Numbered from the whole stretch's first letter, positions 38,013-48,780 are shown. The stretch: 59,982 nt of DNA, filler included, from 4 parts of 4 records of this genome joined end to end with filler, not necessarily neighbours in it, one strand, 5' to 3'. Made by a program: numbers and translations. The notes: generated from the letters alone by a model not told the origin.

Positions 38013-38732
38013 ATGAATAAAGATAATTTACAAAAACTCTACCAATTGTCAAGCTCTTTGGATGTACTTTATGTGGAAGATGATAAAGTATTACAAGAAA
38101 AAATACAGATGATCTTAAAAGATCTTTTTCATAGTGTAGACTGCTGTGATAATGGGGCATTAGGATTAGATCAGTATAAAGAGTATCATTATGAAAATGA
38201 TAAATATTATGATCTTGTGATCACTGATATTTTGATGCCAAAAATGAATGGAATTGATTTTGCTACAAAAGTTCGTGCCATTAATAAAAAGCAAGATATT
38301 GTGGTGATATCCGCATATGATGATTCAGAATACCTAATACAGTTTATTGATATTGGGATAGAAAAATTTATCAAAAAACCATTTGAATCAAAGAATTTGA
38401 TCGATTCTCTTTTATTTGTATTAGAATCTAAAAAAACAACGAAGGTCCCTTTATCTGAAGATATCATTTGGGATAGTGGTTGTTCAAAACTCTATAAAAA
38501 TGATGAAGAGGTCTCTTTAGCAAACAGTGAGATACAACTTTTAAAACTCTTTACTAATAATCCAAACCAAGTATTTTCTAAATATGATATTTTTAATGTC
38601 TTGGATGCTGAGAATTGTGAGGCTGTTATTTCTGATGATTCTGTTAAATCTATCATTAAAAGATTACGAAAAAAACTCCCAGAGGATACTATCAAAAATA
38701 TCTATGGGCGTGGATATATTTGGAACCTATAA
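38013..38732 (+). CDS. OmpR/PhoB-family response regulator
   Basis: Receiver plus C-terminal winged helix (SVKSIIKRLRKKL...IKNIYGRGY). Confidence 0.9.
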   Translation: MNKDNLQKLYQLSSSLDVLYVEDDKVLQEKIQMILKDLFHSVDCCDNGALGLDQYKEYHYENDKYYDLVITDILMPKMNGIDFATKVRAINKKQDIVVISAYDDSEYLIQFIDIGIEKFIKKPFESKNLIDSLLFVLESKKTTKVPLSEDIIWDSGCSKLYKNDEEVSLANSEIQLLKLFTNNPNQVFSKYDIFNVLDAENCEAVISDDSVKSIIKRLRKKLPEDTIKNIYGRGYIWNL

Positions 38733-38740
38733 TTTTTACC

Positions 38741-38772
38741 TGACACTATTTGTCACTTTTTATCTCTATAGT
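38741..38772 (+). promoter_or_regulatory. Direct-repeat regulator box + -10 element (site 3)
   Basis: TGACACT-N3-TGTCACT, 9 nt, TATAGT, upstream of ATG 38802. Confidence 0.62.
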
Positions 38773-38801
38773 TTCATAATAAATTGATAAAGAGGTGTAC
38801 A

Positions 38802-41576
38802 ATGGATTCAAAAAATCTTCAATCTATTACTAATCAATACACTGTTTTATATGCAGAAGATTCCCAAGAGGTTTTAACTTGCGTAAGCAAACTCTTTGAG
38901 GAGCTTTTTTTCAAAGTAGATACTGCAACAGATGGACAAGAGGCACTAGAGCTTTACCAAAATTACTATCAAACACATAATAAATACTATGATATCGTAA
39001 TCAGTGATGTTAAGATGCCAAATATGGATGGTGCAGAGCTATCAAAAAAGATTAAAGAGCTTAATGATACACAAAATATTATTATTATCTCTGCACATAA
39101 TGAATCTGAAATCTTACAAAACCTTATCAATATAGGGATCAATCATTTTATCCATAAACCGATCAAATCTGATGAATTGATCAAGGTTGTATCACAAGTA
39201 AGTGAAGAGCTACAAAAAGAGATGAGATCAAAAAAGCATCTTGATGAAGTGATAAGACTTAATGAGGAGTTTGAAGCCTTATTTAGTGGATATGATAATT
39301 TAATCATTGCTTCACGGACTGATCTTGATGGAAAAATCACCTATGTAAGTAAAGGGTTTGAAGCGATTAGCGGATATAGTGAAGAGGAGCTTATAGGAAG
39401 TTCCCACTCTATTATCAGACATCCTGATATGCCAGAAAAGATGTTTCAAAATATGTGGGATACGATCAAAGAGGGGCGTATTTGGAAAGGAAGACTTAAA
39501 AATAAAAAGAAAAATGGTGATTACTATTGGGCAAAAACTTCTGTAGCTCCTTATTATGATAAAGAGGGAAATGTGTTAGGGTATAACTCTATAAGAGAAG
39601 ATATCACAAATCAAGTAAAACTAAGCGAGCTTCATAAAAAAATGAATATTTTATTAAGTCACGCTAATGATGGATATATGCTAATTGATGATACCTTACG
39701 TGTTCAAGAGGGATATTCAAAAGTATGCTTGGATATTTTTGCAAAAGAGTCTATAGAGAATATGGAGATCTGTTCGTTATTATTTGATAATGATACAAAG
39801 AAAAAAGAGCTTTTACAAAAAGGGTTAGAGAAAATATTTCACTCAGATGATCCTATGAAAAATGAACTGTATCTTTCACTTTTACCTGTGCAAAATAGGA
39901 TCAATGATAAGTTTATTCAGATCAATTATAAGATCATTGATACAAATGTGATGATCATAGTTCATGATATCACTGAAAAAGTGATTTTAGAATCTGAACT
40001 TGAACAAAAACAAAAACATCAAAAAATGGTGATTCAAGTGATCACCAATATGGATGATTTTGTAGAACTTAAAAAAGATTTTGAGAAATTTTATACACAG
40101 TTTTGTGATAATGATGTTTGTCAAGTTTTACAGTTTAAAAAAGATGAACATACCCAAGAGGTATTACGTGCTTTACACACTTTTAAAGGTCTATTTCATC
40201 AGTTACAATTAGTACATACAACAGATACTATTCATAATCTAGAGGGGTATATAACAAAACTGATCAATCATGACTCAATACATAAACTTTGTGCAGATGA
40301 TACTGATCTCAAAGTGAGTTTTCAAAAAGATTTAAAGATCATCGAAGAGACTTTAGGAAAAGAGTATATTGCAGAGTATCAAAAATCACAAGAGAATAAA
40401 AAAGTGATTAAAAAGATCAAATATCAACTGCGAAGTCTTATCAGTGATCCTGTGAATATTAATTTTAGGATACAAAATATTATCTCTAATATTGATCTAT
40501 TATCTTATATAGATGTGGAAGATGTATTTAGTAAACATATAAGTTTAGTAAAACACCTCTCTGATACTTTAGAAAAACCTATGTATCCACTAGTGATTCA
40601 AAAAGAAAAAGGGTTAAAAGTACCACCAAATTATAAAAACTTTTTTAGAAATCTTGTGCATATCTATAAAAACTCTGTGGATCATGGGATAGAAGATGTG
40701 GATACAAGGATGCTATCAGGAAAAGATGAAAAAGGGAAAATACTCTGCAAGTATTATTACCTTAATAAGTTTTTTCATCTTATTATAAAAGATGATGGAG
40801 CAGGGGTAGATATCGATAAACTTTTATTTAAAGCATTAAAAAAAGGGTTGATTGTAGAAGAGGAGAGTAAAGAGATGAGTGAGAATGAGAAGTTACAACT
40901 CATCTTTAAAGATTATCTCTCCACAAAAGATACAGCTAATCAGATCTCTGGACGTGGTGTAGGGATGAGTGCTTTAAAACAGTCTTGTGAAGAGCTAGGT
41001 GGATCTATAGAGTTACAAAATAGTCCTTCCCATGGGCTACAGTATCACTTTAAAATTCCCCTTGTTAAACTTCTTGATGGATATGATTCTACAAAGTTTT
41101 TAGATGAGCTTATTGCACTTTTAGAAGCGGTATCAAATAAAATGAAACTGTTTTTTAAAAATGAATTAGGGATCGAAGTGATTGATGCAAGATTTGTTGA
41201 TGGTGGAGATTATTCTAATAAAATCCATACAACAATCAATATTCGTACTGGAAAAGAGACTATTAAGTTTGTCTTTAGTTATACTTCAAATATAGTGAAA
41301 AAGTTTGGGGAAGTCTATTTTGGAAATGTTTTTGATATAGAGGATTTTAAAAACAATATTGATGATTATTCAAATGAGATGATCAATACTTTAGTAGGAT
41401 TAGCAATCCAAGATTTTCCACCTAAATATATCGATGGGATGTTAGGAACGCCTCAGAATATTAAAAATGAGGAGTTGGAAAACTTAATTGAGGAGAATGA
41501 AAATAGTAAAATATTGACACTTCTTATTCAAACCAATTATGGAAATATGATCTGCAAATTGATGCATGATAAATAA
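38802..41576 (+). CDS. Hybrid CheA-like kinase: REC-PAS-PAS-HPt-HATPase with C-terminal CheX/CheC-like domain
   Basis: Receiver; PAS (HSIIRHPDMP); HPt LRALHTFKG; CheA-type HIYKNSVDHGIE, DDGAG, SGRGVGM; C-terminal NEMINTLVG (ExxN). ATG 38802 follows AGAGG. Confidence 0.8.
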   Translation: MDSKNLQSITNQYTVLYAEDSQEVLTCVSKLFEELFFKVDTATDGQEALELYQNYYQTHNKYYDIVISDVKMPNMDGAELSKKIKELNDTQNIIIISAHNESEILQNLINIGINHFIHKPIKSDELIKVVSQVSEELQKEMRSKKHLDEVIRLNEEFEALFSGYDNLIIASRTDLDGKITYVSKGFEAISGYSEEELIGSSHSIIRHPDMPEKMFQNMWDTIKEGRIWKGRLKNKKKNGDYYWAKTSVAPYYDKEGNVLGYNSIREDITNQVKLSELHKKMNILLSHANDGYMLIDDTLRVQEGYSKVCLDIFAKESIENMEICSLLFDNDTKKKELLQKGLEKIFHSDDPMKNELYLSLLPVQNRINDKFIQINYKIIDTNVMIIVHDITEKVILESELEQKQKHQKMVIQVITNMDDFVELKKDFEKFYTQFCDNDVCQVLQFKKDEHTQEVLRALHTFKGLFHQLQLVHTTDTIHNLEGYITKLINHDSIHKLCADDTDLKVSFQKDLKIIEETLGKEYIAEYQKSQENKKVIKKIKYQLRSLISDPVNINFRIQNIISNIDLLSYIDVEDVFSKHISLVKHLSDTLEKPMYPLVIQKEKGLKVPPNYKNFFRNLVHIYKNSVDHGIEDVDTRMLSGKDEKGKILCKYYYLNKFFHLIIKDDGAGVDIDKLLFKALKKGLIVEEESKEMSENEKLQLIFKDYLSTKDTANQISGRGVGMSALKQSCEELGGSIELQNSPSHGLQYHFKIPLVKLLDGYDSTKFLDELIALLEAVSNKMKLFFKNELGIEVIDARFVDGGDYSNKIHTTINIRTGKETIKFVFSYTSNIVKKFGEVYFGNVFDIEDFKNNIDDYSNEMINTLVGLAIQDFPPKYIDGMLGTPQNIKNEELENLIEENENSKILTLLIQTNYGNMICKLMHDK

Positions 41577-41583
41577 GGGGATA

Positions 41584-41961
41584 ATGATGGCAAATTTTTT
41601 AATAGTAGATGACTCAGCAGTGGTTCGAAAAACGATCAAAAAACAACTGGTTGAACTTGGTCAAAATGTTCTTTTTGAAGCAGGAGATGGTCAAGAGACT
41701 TTAGATATTTATAAACAAAATATGAGTCATATTGATGTGATCACCTTAGATATCTCTATGCCTATTATTAATGGTCTTGATACTTTAAAACAGATCATTG
41801 AGTTAAATAAAGATGCAGTAGTATATATGATCACTTCCCATGGGGAAGAGTCTATGGTAATGGATGCAATTGAGTTAGGGGCATCTGGATATATTTTAAA
41901 GCCTCTTACTATAGAGAAACTGCAACAAATAGTTGTAAAGGAGAACGAAGATGAGTTTTAA
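41584..41961 (+). CDS. CheY-like single-domain response regulator
   Basis: LIVDDS, TLDISMP, ITSHG, ILKP. Confidence 0.88.
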   Translation: MMANFLIVDDSAVVRKTIKKQLVELGQNVLFEAGDGQETLDIYKQNMSHIDVITLDISMPIINGLDTLKQIIELNKDAVVYMITSHGEESMVMDAIELGASGYILKPLTIEKLQQIVVKENEDEF

Positions 41962-43468
41962 AGATCATGATTTAGAACACAATCCAACAGATTTATTAGA
42001 AGATACATATAGATATACAATAATGATTGTAGATGATTCGTCTATGGCTAGAAAGTTGATAAAAAACCATGCCAAAGAGATCAATGCCAATATTGTTTGT
42101 GAGGCTTCAAATGCTGATGAGGCATATGAAAAATATATAGAGTTTGAACCTGATGTGGTCACTATGGATGTTTCAATGCCAGGAAAAAGTGGCTTAGATG
42201 CTGTAAAAAAGATCATCCATTTTGATCCAAATGCAAAAATACTCATGATCACTTCCCATGGAGAAGAGGCAACTGTGATTGATGCTTTAGAATCAGGAGC
42301 AAGAGGATTTATTTTAAAACCAGTAACAAAAGAGAAGCTTGAAGAGCAGTTTCATAAAGTAAAACATGATAAATATAAGATGTTTAGCTCAGTTCATTAT
42401 TTTAAAGATTTAAGTGAGAAAAGTTTAAAAACGCTTAAAAAATTTACGGTAAGAAGTGATTATCTTGTATTTTTAGCTGAAAAATCACAAGGCTTTTTTC
42501 ATATCTTAAGAGACCTTGCCTTTGATAGTGTGGGAGGAGTTTTCCCTGAGCTTATTTATAATGGTGAAGTATATAGTGAGGGGATGCTTATTTTTGAGCT
42601 TAGCCGTGAAGCTAATTATAAATTTGTGCAGCATATGAAAGACCCTCTTGATGAGTCTATGAAAGAGATATTACAGGATAAAAAAACAATAGTGAGTATC
42701 GCTGATGGTTTGAGTCCTCATGTGGAAGAGTTTTTACAAAAGCTTTCATCTGTTATGAATAGTGATACAACTGTTATAGGGTGTGGAGCTGGAGTAAAAG
42801 GTCTTAAACAAAGAGCATCTATTTTTACCCCTAAAGGGATATATCCAGATGCTGCACTTATTATCTATTCCCATGAGCCTATGAAGCTTGGAGATTCCCA
42901 TAGTTTTGAGGTTTTATCCAATGGATATGAGATCAAAAAAGCCTATGGATCTACATTGGTTGAGGTGGGAGAGAATAAACAGGCATTTAACCTTTATAAA
43001 GATGTTTTATCTTCTAAAAAATCTTTAACTTTGAAAGATAATACCTTTTTTGATCTTATCAAACAGTTTCCAATAGGTGTTAAACTAGGTGATAAAATTA
43101 TGATCAAAGATATTCTTAGAAGAAATACCAATGGATTATGCACCATGAGTAACTTTCACATAGGGGATACTATGTATTTTATGCAATGGGATGAGATAAA
43201 AAGTCAAAATAGTGCCAAAGAAGCTGCCTTAGAAGCAGCACAAGATATTGAAACTTCAAAAAGAAGATTTGCCTTTGTTTTTGAAGGAGTTGAGCGAAGA
43301 GAGTATTATGATAATGATGATCTTATTAAACATGATCTTTTAGCTATTCAAGAGGAGTTTCAAAAAATCCCTCAATGTGGTGCAGTGAGTTTGATGGAGT
43401 TTTCTAATAAAGATTCAGAACATATAGAGATCCTTAATAATAGTGTACTTATTGGTCTTGTATATTAA
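41951..43468 (+). CDS. Receiver + FIST (NosP-like) domain protein
   Basis: CheY-like N-terminus, then VGGVFPELIY, ADGL, IGCGAG, FPIG and GAVSLMEF...N.S, in the order of FIST N/C domains. Confidence 0.7.
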   Translation: MSFKDHDLEHNPTDLLEDTYRYTIMIVDDSSMARKLIKNHAKEINANIVCEASNADEAYEKYIEFEPDVVTMDVSMPGKSGLDAVKKIIHFDPNAKILMITSHGEEATVIDALESGARGFILKPVTKEKLEEQFHKVKHDKYKMFSSVHYFKDLSEKSLKTLKKFTVRSDYLVFLAEKSQGFFHILRDLAFDSVGGVFPELIYNGEVYSEGMLIFELSREANYKFVQHMKDPLDESMKEILQDKKTIVSIADGLSPHVEEFLQKLSSVMNSDTTVIGCGAGVKGLKQRASIFTPKGIYPDAALIIYSHEPMKLGDSHSFEVLSNGYEIKKAYGSTLVEVGENKQAFNLYKDVLSSKKSLTLKDNTFFDLIKQFPIGVKLGDKIMIKDILRRNTNGLCTMSNFHIGDTMYFMQWDEIKSQNSAKEAALEAAQDIETSKRRFAFVFEGVERREYYDNDDLIKHDLLAIQEEFQKIPQCGAVSLMEFSNKDSEHIEILNNSVLIGLVY

Positions 43469-43489
43469 GAGATTATAAAAGGAATAAAG

Positions 43490-45679
43490 ATGTATTTTAA
43501 ACACAAAGAAAATCTGAGTAAAATATTAAATAAGAGTTTTTTTAAAATAACCCTTATCCCATTGATTGTGATAGAGATAACCCTTTTGATCCTTTATTTT
43601 GGGATCAGTGAGTTTATGGTTGATAAAGGGAAAGAGTCTTTGCAAAAAGAGATTCAAACAAACCTTGATGCGATCCTTTCAAAAGAGGTACAAAATATAG
43701 GCTTTCAATTACAAGAGATATCATCATTAGCCCATATTTTACAAAATGATCAACAAAAAAAATTTCAAAAAAAAGAAAAAATTTTACGAGTTTTTGAAGC
43801 AGAGAAGTTTCAGTTTGCTGAAAATGGAGTCTATTATAAAACAAATAATGATGGAGGATCAAGTGTTTTTTATGGGATAAATCATCCCATAAAAAAAGAG
43901 CAAAAAGAAAAAGCTGTTTTTCCAAAATCTTTTGATAACCTTTTAAAATATACAGTAGACTCAAATGAGCTTATCGTAGCAAGTTATTTTAATAGTTATG
44001 ATGATATGAATAGGCTCTATCCTTTCATTCCCGAGGTGTATTCCCAATTTGATCCAAAGATGAATATGGAGGATTATAATTTTTATTATGATGCTGATTT
44101 AAAACATAATCCTGAAAAAAAAGCAGTCTGGACAGACGCATATTTAGACCCAGCAGGGCAGGGGTGGATGATCAGTTGTGTGGTGCCTATTTATAATAGG
44201 GATTTTTTAGAAGGGGTTACAGGGCTTGATGTGACGATCGATAATTTTGTCAATAATACTTTAAATCTCAAACTTCCTTGGAAAGGGTATGGTCTTTTAG
44301 TATCACGTGATGGAACAATCTTAGCTATGCCAAAAGGGGTAGAGAAGCTATTAGGATTAAAAGAGCTGAAATCTCATGCCTATACAGATACCATTAAAGA
44401 GACAAACTTTAAACCAGAAGATTTTAATATTATAAAAAATGAAAAGTTATATCCTTATTTTGAAGAGCTTTTACAAAAAGAGAGTTTTATGATCAATAAA
44501 TCGATACAAGATCAGGACTATATAATAGCTCAAAAAAATATAGAACAAACAGGCTGGAAATTTTTAGTTATTGTGGATAAACAAAGTGTGTATGAGCCTA
44601 TAAATACTATGGAGAGTTTAGCAAAAACAATTGGTATTATTGCGATCATTGGGATGATCCTTTTTTATACAGTATTTTTTCTTCTCTTAGCGAAAAAAGT
44701 ACAACAGATTGCATTTAATATTGCAGACCCTATCTCAAAACTTGCAAATGTGACAAAAACACTTTCACAAAAAAGAAATTACTCTTTAATTGAACATAAT
44801 AATATTAAAGAGATTGATATATTATTACGTAACTTTCAAGTGATGACTGATGATCTTTTTGCAAAAAGACAAGAGCTTGAAGAGCTGAATTCTAATCTTG
44901 AACAATTAGTTGTTGAAGAGATCAGAAAAAATAGTGAAAAAGAGAATGCACTTTTACATCAAAGTAGATTAGCGCAACTTGGAGAGATGATCTCTATGAT
45001 CGCTCATCAATGGAGACAACCTCTTGCTTCGATCTCTTCTATTGCTGTAAGGATCAAATTAAAACTAGGCTTACAAAATTATGATTTAGAGACAGAAAAA
45101 GGGAAAGAGGAGTTTGTAAACTATCTTGATACAGAGTTAGATGATGTAGAGATGCTGATACAAAGTCTTACCACAACGATTGATGATTTTAGAGATTTCT
45201 ATAAACCAAATAAAGAAGCAGTGGTGGAGAGTGTCATCTATCCAATTGAAAAGTCTCTTTCAATTATAAATCCACATTTAGTACAAAATGGTGTAAAGGT
45301 GATAAAAGAGTATGATGAGAATATTTATAAACAAAAACTATTTGTAAATGAACTTATTCAAGTGTTTTTAAATATTATTCAAAACTCAATAGATGCAATA
45401 TCTGAGCATAAGATAGAATCTCCTGAGATAGTGATATTAGTAAAAAATGTTGAAGATAAAGAGAAACATAGTGTCCAAATAGAGATAACAGATAATTGTG
45501 GAGGAATAGATGAAGAAACTATGGAGAACCTATTTGTTCCATATTATTCTACAAAAGAGAAAAAGAATGGTACAGGGCTAGGACTCTATATGTCAAAAAC
45601 AATTATAGAAAAACACCACTTAGGAAAAATGAGCGCTTCTAGTGAAAATGCTTATACTACATTTACTATAATTATTTAA
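43490..45679 (+). CDS. Cache-domain membrane sensor histidine kinase
   Basis: Two TMs; WTDAYLDPAGQGWMIS (dCache); HAMP-like linker; MIAHQWRQPL; GTGLGLY. Confidence 0.9.
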   Translation: MYFKHKENLSKILNKSFFKITLIPLIVIEITLLILYFGISEFMVDKGKESLQKEIQTNLDAILSKEVQNIGFQLQEISSLAHILQNDQQKKFQKKEKILRVFEAEKFQFAENGVYYKTNNDGGSSVFYGINHPIKKEQKEKAVFPKSFDNLLKYTVDSNELIVASYFNSYDDMNRLYPFIPEVYSQFDPKMNMEDYNFYYDADLKHNPEKKAVWTDAYLDPAGQGWMISCVVPIYNRDFLEGVTGLDVTIDNFVNNTLNLKLPWKGYGLLVSRDGTILAMPKGVEKLLGLKELKSHAYTDTIKETNFKPEDFNIIKNEKLYPYFEELLQKESFMINKSIQDQDYIIAQKNIEQTGWKFLVIVDKQSVYEPINTMESLAKTIGIIAIIGMILFYTVFFLLLAKKVQQIAFNIADPISKLANVTKTLSQKRNYSLIEHNNIKEIDILLRNFQVMTDDLFAKRQELEELNSNLEQLVVEEIRKNSEKENALLHQSRLAQLGEMISMIAHQWRQPLASISSIAVRIKLKLGLQNYDLETEKGKEEFVNYLDTELDDVEMLIQSLTTTIDDFRDFYKPNKEAVVESVIYPIEKSLSIINPHLVQNGVKVIKEYDENIYKQKLFVNELIQVFLNIIQNSIDAISEHKIESPEIVILVKNVEDKEKHSVQIEITDNCGGIDEETMENLFVPYYSTKEKKNGTGLGLYMSKTIIEKHHLGKMSASSENAYTTFTIII

Positions 45680-45810
45680 GGATAGTAAATATTGTATATT
45701 GTTATGTAGGATAACTTTGAAAGTGCTTTTTAATACTTTTATACAATATACATTAAAGTGATTGTAGAATATGGTAAATATATAATATATAAATTTATTT
45801 AAGGGATAAA

Positions 45811-48780
45811 ATGAAACTATTTTCAAAATACTGCTTAATAGTTTTATTATTAAGCACTCAAATACTTTTTGCTGGAAATATTGAGAATAAAACAAAAAAA
45901 GTACTTGTGTTACTTTCATATAATATTACTATTCCTTGGGAAAGGGACTTTATTTCAGGGCTTGAAGAGAGTATTAAGCATAATAGCTTAGATTTTGAAT
46001 TGTATTTTGAATTGATTGATACGCAACGTTTAGGCCAACAATACAAAGATGAGTTTTTATCAAAACATTTAAAAGAAAAATATGCAGGTCTTGGTTTTGA
46101 TGCAATCATCGCTGAATCTGATAAAGCATCTTTATTTTTAGATCAATATCAAAATATTTTTTCTTCAAAGCTTCCAAAGGTTTATTATCTCTCTAAACAC
46201 AATGATATTCAAGCAAAAGAGAATATATTTATATTGAGTGATAATAAAGAAAAAATTGTACTCAATACAGCTCAAATGGCTTTAAAATACAATAGAGATC
46301 TAGAAAATGTTTATGTGGTAAATGGTGGTGATTTTGAAAGTGAGTTTTTAACTAAAAGTTTCTATGAGTTTTTTCAGAAATATCCAAAAATAAATTTTCA
46401 TAAAATTGAAAATTTTACAAAAGAAGAGCTTTTAGAAGCAATACAAAAGATTGATTCTAAAAGTGCTCTTTTTTATACTCTTGTCTTTAAAGATAAAACA
46501 GGAGAAGAATATATCCCTAAAAATATTTTACAAGAGATCTGTGAGCTTTCAAAATCTCCTGTTTATTCCATGTATACACCATTATTAGATTCAGGGACTA
46601 TTGGTGGTCATATGATGGATTCAAAACAAATAGCTGTTAGTATAATAGAAATATTGCACTATTATTTTATTCATGGAGAATTTGACAAAACTACGAAATA
46701 TCCTTTTTCTAATAGTTATGTAGATTATGAAGTATTTGAAAAATATAATTTGTCAAAATCAAGCATTGATGAGACTACTATTGTATGGAACCAAAAGCCA
46801 TCATTTCTAGTCCAATATAAAGATGAAATCATTCTTCTAATAATCTCTTTTTTACTTATTCTTATACTTTTTATCTATATTCTCAATAGAAAAAATAAAC
46901 AAAAATATATTAATGAAACTATCACAAGCCAGCTTCTATTAGAGCAACAAAAAGAGATAGAAACAGTAAAAAATAGATTTCAAAATATGTTTTTAAATCA
47001 TGATGCTATTATGCTTTTAGTAGATCCTAAGACAGGAGATATCCTCAATGTAAATAAAAGTGCAGTTCGTTTTTATGGTTTTAATAGAGAAGAGTTTTTA
47101 AAGATGAATATTTCACAGCTTAATGCATTAATAAGTACAGAAGAGATCAAAAAAAAGATGCAAGAAGCAAAAGAGTTAAAACTAAATTATTTTGAGTTTC
47201 CTCATAGATTACGTTCAGGTGAGATAAAAATAGTAGAAGTTCACTCTTCACCTATTGAATCAGATGGAGGAGTGATTCTTTTTTCTATTATTAAAGATAT
47301 TACAAAACTAAAAGATCTTACTGAAGAACTTAAAAATGAAAAGTTTAAATATCAAAAGTTGATGGAAAACTCTTCAGATGCTATCTTTATAGTAGACCTT
47401 TTAGGGGACTTAATAGAATATAGTCATGTGGCAAGAGAGTCTTTAGGATATAGTGATGAAGAGATGAAAAAGCTTTGTGTTTTTGATTGGGATAAACAGA
47501 TCAGTAAAGAGGAATATATAAAGTTGATCGAGACCATTAGTCCTTTTGAACCTATAACCTTAGAAAGAGTTCATACAAGAAAAGATGGATCAATCTATAG
47601 TGCTTCAATTACTGCAATTAAAGTTGAACTTGATGCAAAACAATACATCTACGCATCAGTAAGAGATATCTCACCGTATAAAGAACTTACAAAAGAGTTA
47701 GAGGATCAAAAACAAGAGTTTGAGACGATCTTTAACTATGCAGAAGATGGGATCACTGTACTTGACCTTGATGGAAACTTTGTAAAATTTAATAATGCAT
47801 TTTTAAAACTCACTGGCTATACACAAGAGGAGCTTTTAGGAAAAAATTGTAGTGAACTCACTGCTCCTGAAGATAGAGAGAAAAATAGAGTTGCTATGGA
47901 AACATCAATAAAAACAGGACATGTAGAGAACTTTGAAAAAACATGTATCGTTTATAATAATCAAAGGATTACAGTGCATGTAAGTATCTCCTTACTTCCA
48001 GATAAAAAATCTCTTCTTATGATAGTAAAAGATACATCAGCATTAAAGCTTTTAGAAGAGCAAGCAAAACTTGCTTCTATGGGAGAGATGATAGGTAATA
48101 TAGCTCATCAATGGAGACAACCACTTAGCATTATCAGTTCAGGTGCAAGTGGTTTAAAAGTACAAGTAAAATATGCAGGAAGTGTGAGCAATGATGATAT
48201 TGAAGAGGTTTCGGATCTTATAGTACAACAAGCTCAATATCTCTCTAATACGATTGATAATTTTAGAGACTTTTTAAAAGGGGAGAAAAACTATCAAAAT
48301 ATCAAGCTTGATCAAGTAGTAGAATATACACTAAGTCTAGTAGATGCAAGTATCAAAAACAATAATATAACTTTGATTAAAAATGTAGATAAAAGAGTAA
48401 TGATAAGAGGAAGTATCAATGAACTCTCAGAAGCCTTTATCAATATCATCAATAATTCTAAAGATGTTTTAAAAGAAAACATAAAAAAAGAAGAGGATCG
48501 ATTGATCTTTATTGATATCTATTCACTCCATGATTCCCAAGTGGAGATAGTTCTTAGAGATAGTGGAGGGGGAATCTCTACAGATATTATAGATCGTATC
48601 TTTGAGCCATATTTTACCTCAAAACACCAATCAATTGGGACTGGTCTTGGATTATCAATGGCAGAAAAGATCATCCGTGAACGTCATAAAGGAAGTATTC
48701 ATGCTTATAATGAAGAGTATGAATATAATAGCAAAAAATTTAAAGGGGCGTGTTTTAAGGTTGTTTTACCCACAGTCTAA
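45811..48780 (+). CDS. Periplasmic-sensor, three-PAS histidine kinase
   Basis: Signal peptide, periplasmic binding-like domain, TM, three PAS, NIAHQWRQPL, GTGLGL. Confidence 0.9.
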   Translation: MKLFSKYCLIVLLLSTQILFAGNIENKTKKVLVLLSYNITIPWERDFISGLEESIKHNSLDFELYFELIDTQRLGQQYKDEFLSKHLKEKYAGLGFDAIIAESDKASLFLDQYQNIFSSKLPKVYYLSKHNDIQAKENIFILSDNKEKIVLNTAQMALKYNRDLENVYVVNGGDFESEFLTKSFYEFFQKYPKINFHKIENFTKEELLEAIQKIDSKSALFYTLVFKDKTGEEYIPKNILQEICELSKSPVYSMYTPLLDSGTIGGHMMDSKQIAVSIIEILHYYFIHGEFDKTTKYPFSNSYVDYEVFEKYNLSKSSIDETTIVWNQKPSFLVQYKDEIILLIISFLLILILFIYILNRKNKQKYINETITSQLLLEQQKEIETVKNRFQNMFLNHDAIMLLVDPKTGDILNVNKSAVRFYGFNREEFLKMNISQLNALISTEEIKKKMQEAKELKLNYFEFPHRLRSGEIKIVEVHSSPIESDGGVILFSIIKDITKLKDLTEELKNEKFKYQKLMENSSDAIFIVDLLGDLIEYSHVARESLGYSDEEMKKLCVFDWDKQISKEEYIKLIETISPFEPITLERVHTRKDGSIYSASITAIKVELDAKQYIYASVRDISPYKELTKELEDQKQEFETIFNYAEDGITVLDLDGNFVKFNNAFLKLTGYTQEELLGKNCSELTAPEDREKNRVAMETSIKTGHVENFEKTCIVYNNQRITVHVSISLLPDKKSLLMIVKDTSALKLLEEQAKLASMGEMIGNIAHQWRQPLSIISSGASGLKVQVKYAGSVSNDDIEEVSDLIVQQAQYLSNTIDNFRDFLKGEKNYQNIKLDQVVEYTLSLVDASIKNNNITLIKNVDKRVMIRGSINELSEAFINIINNSKDVLKENIKKEEDRLIFIDIYSLHDSQVEIVLRDSGGGISTDIIDRIFEPYFTSKHQSIGTGLGLSMAEKIIRERHKGSIHAYNEEYEYNSKKFKGACFKVVLPTV

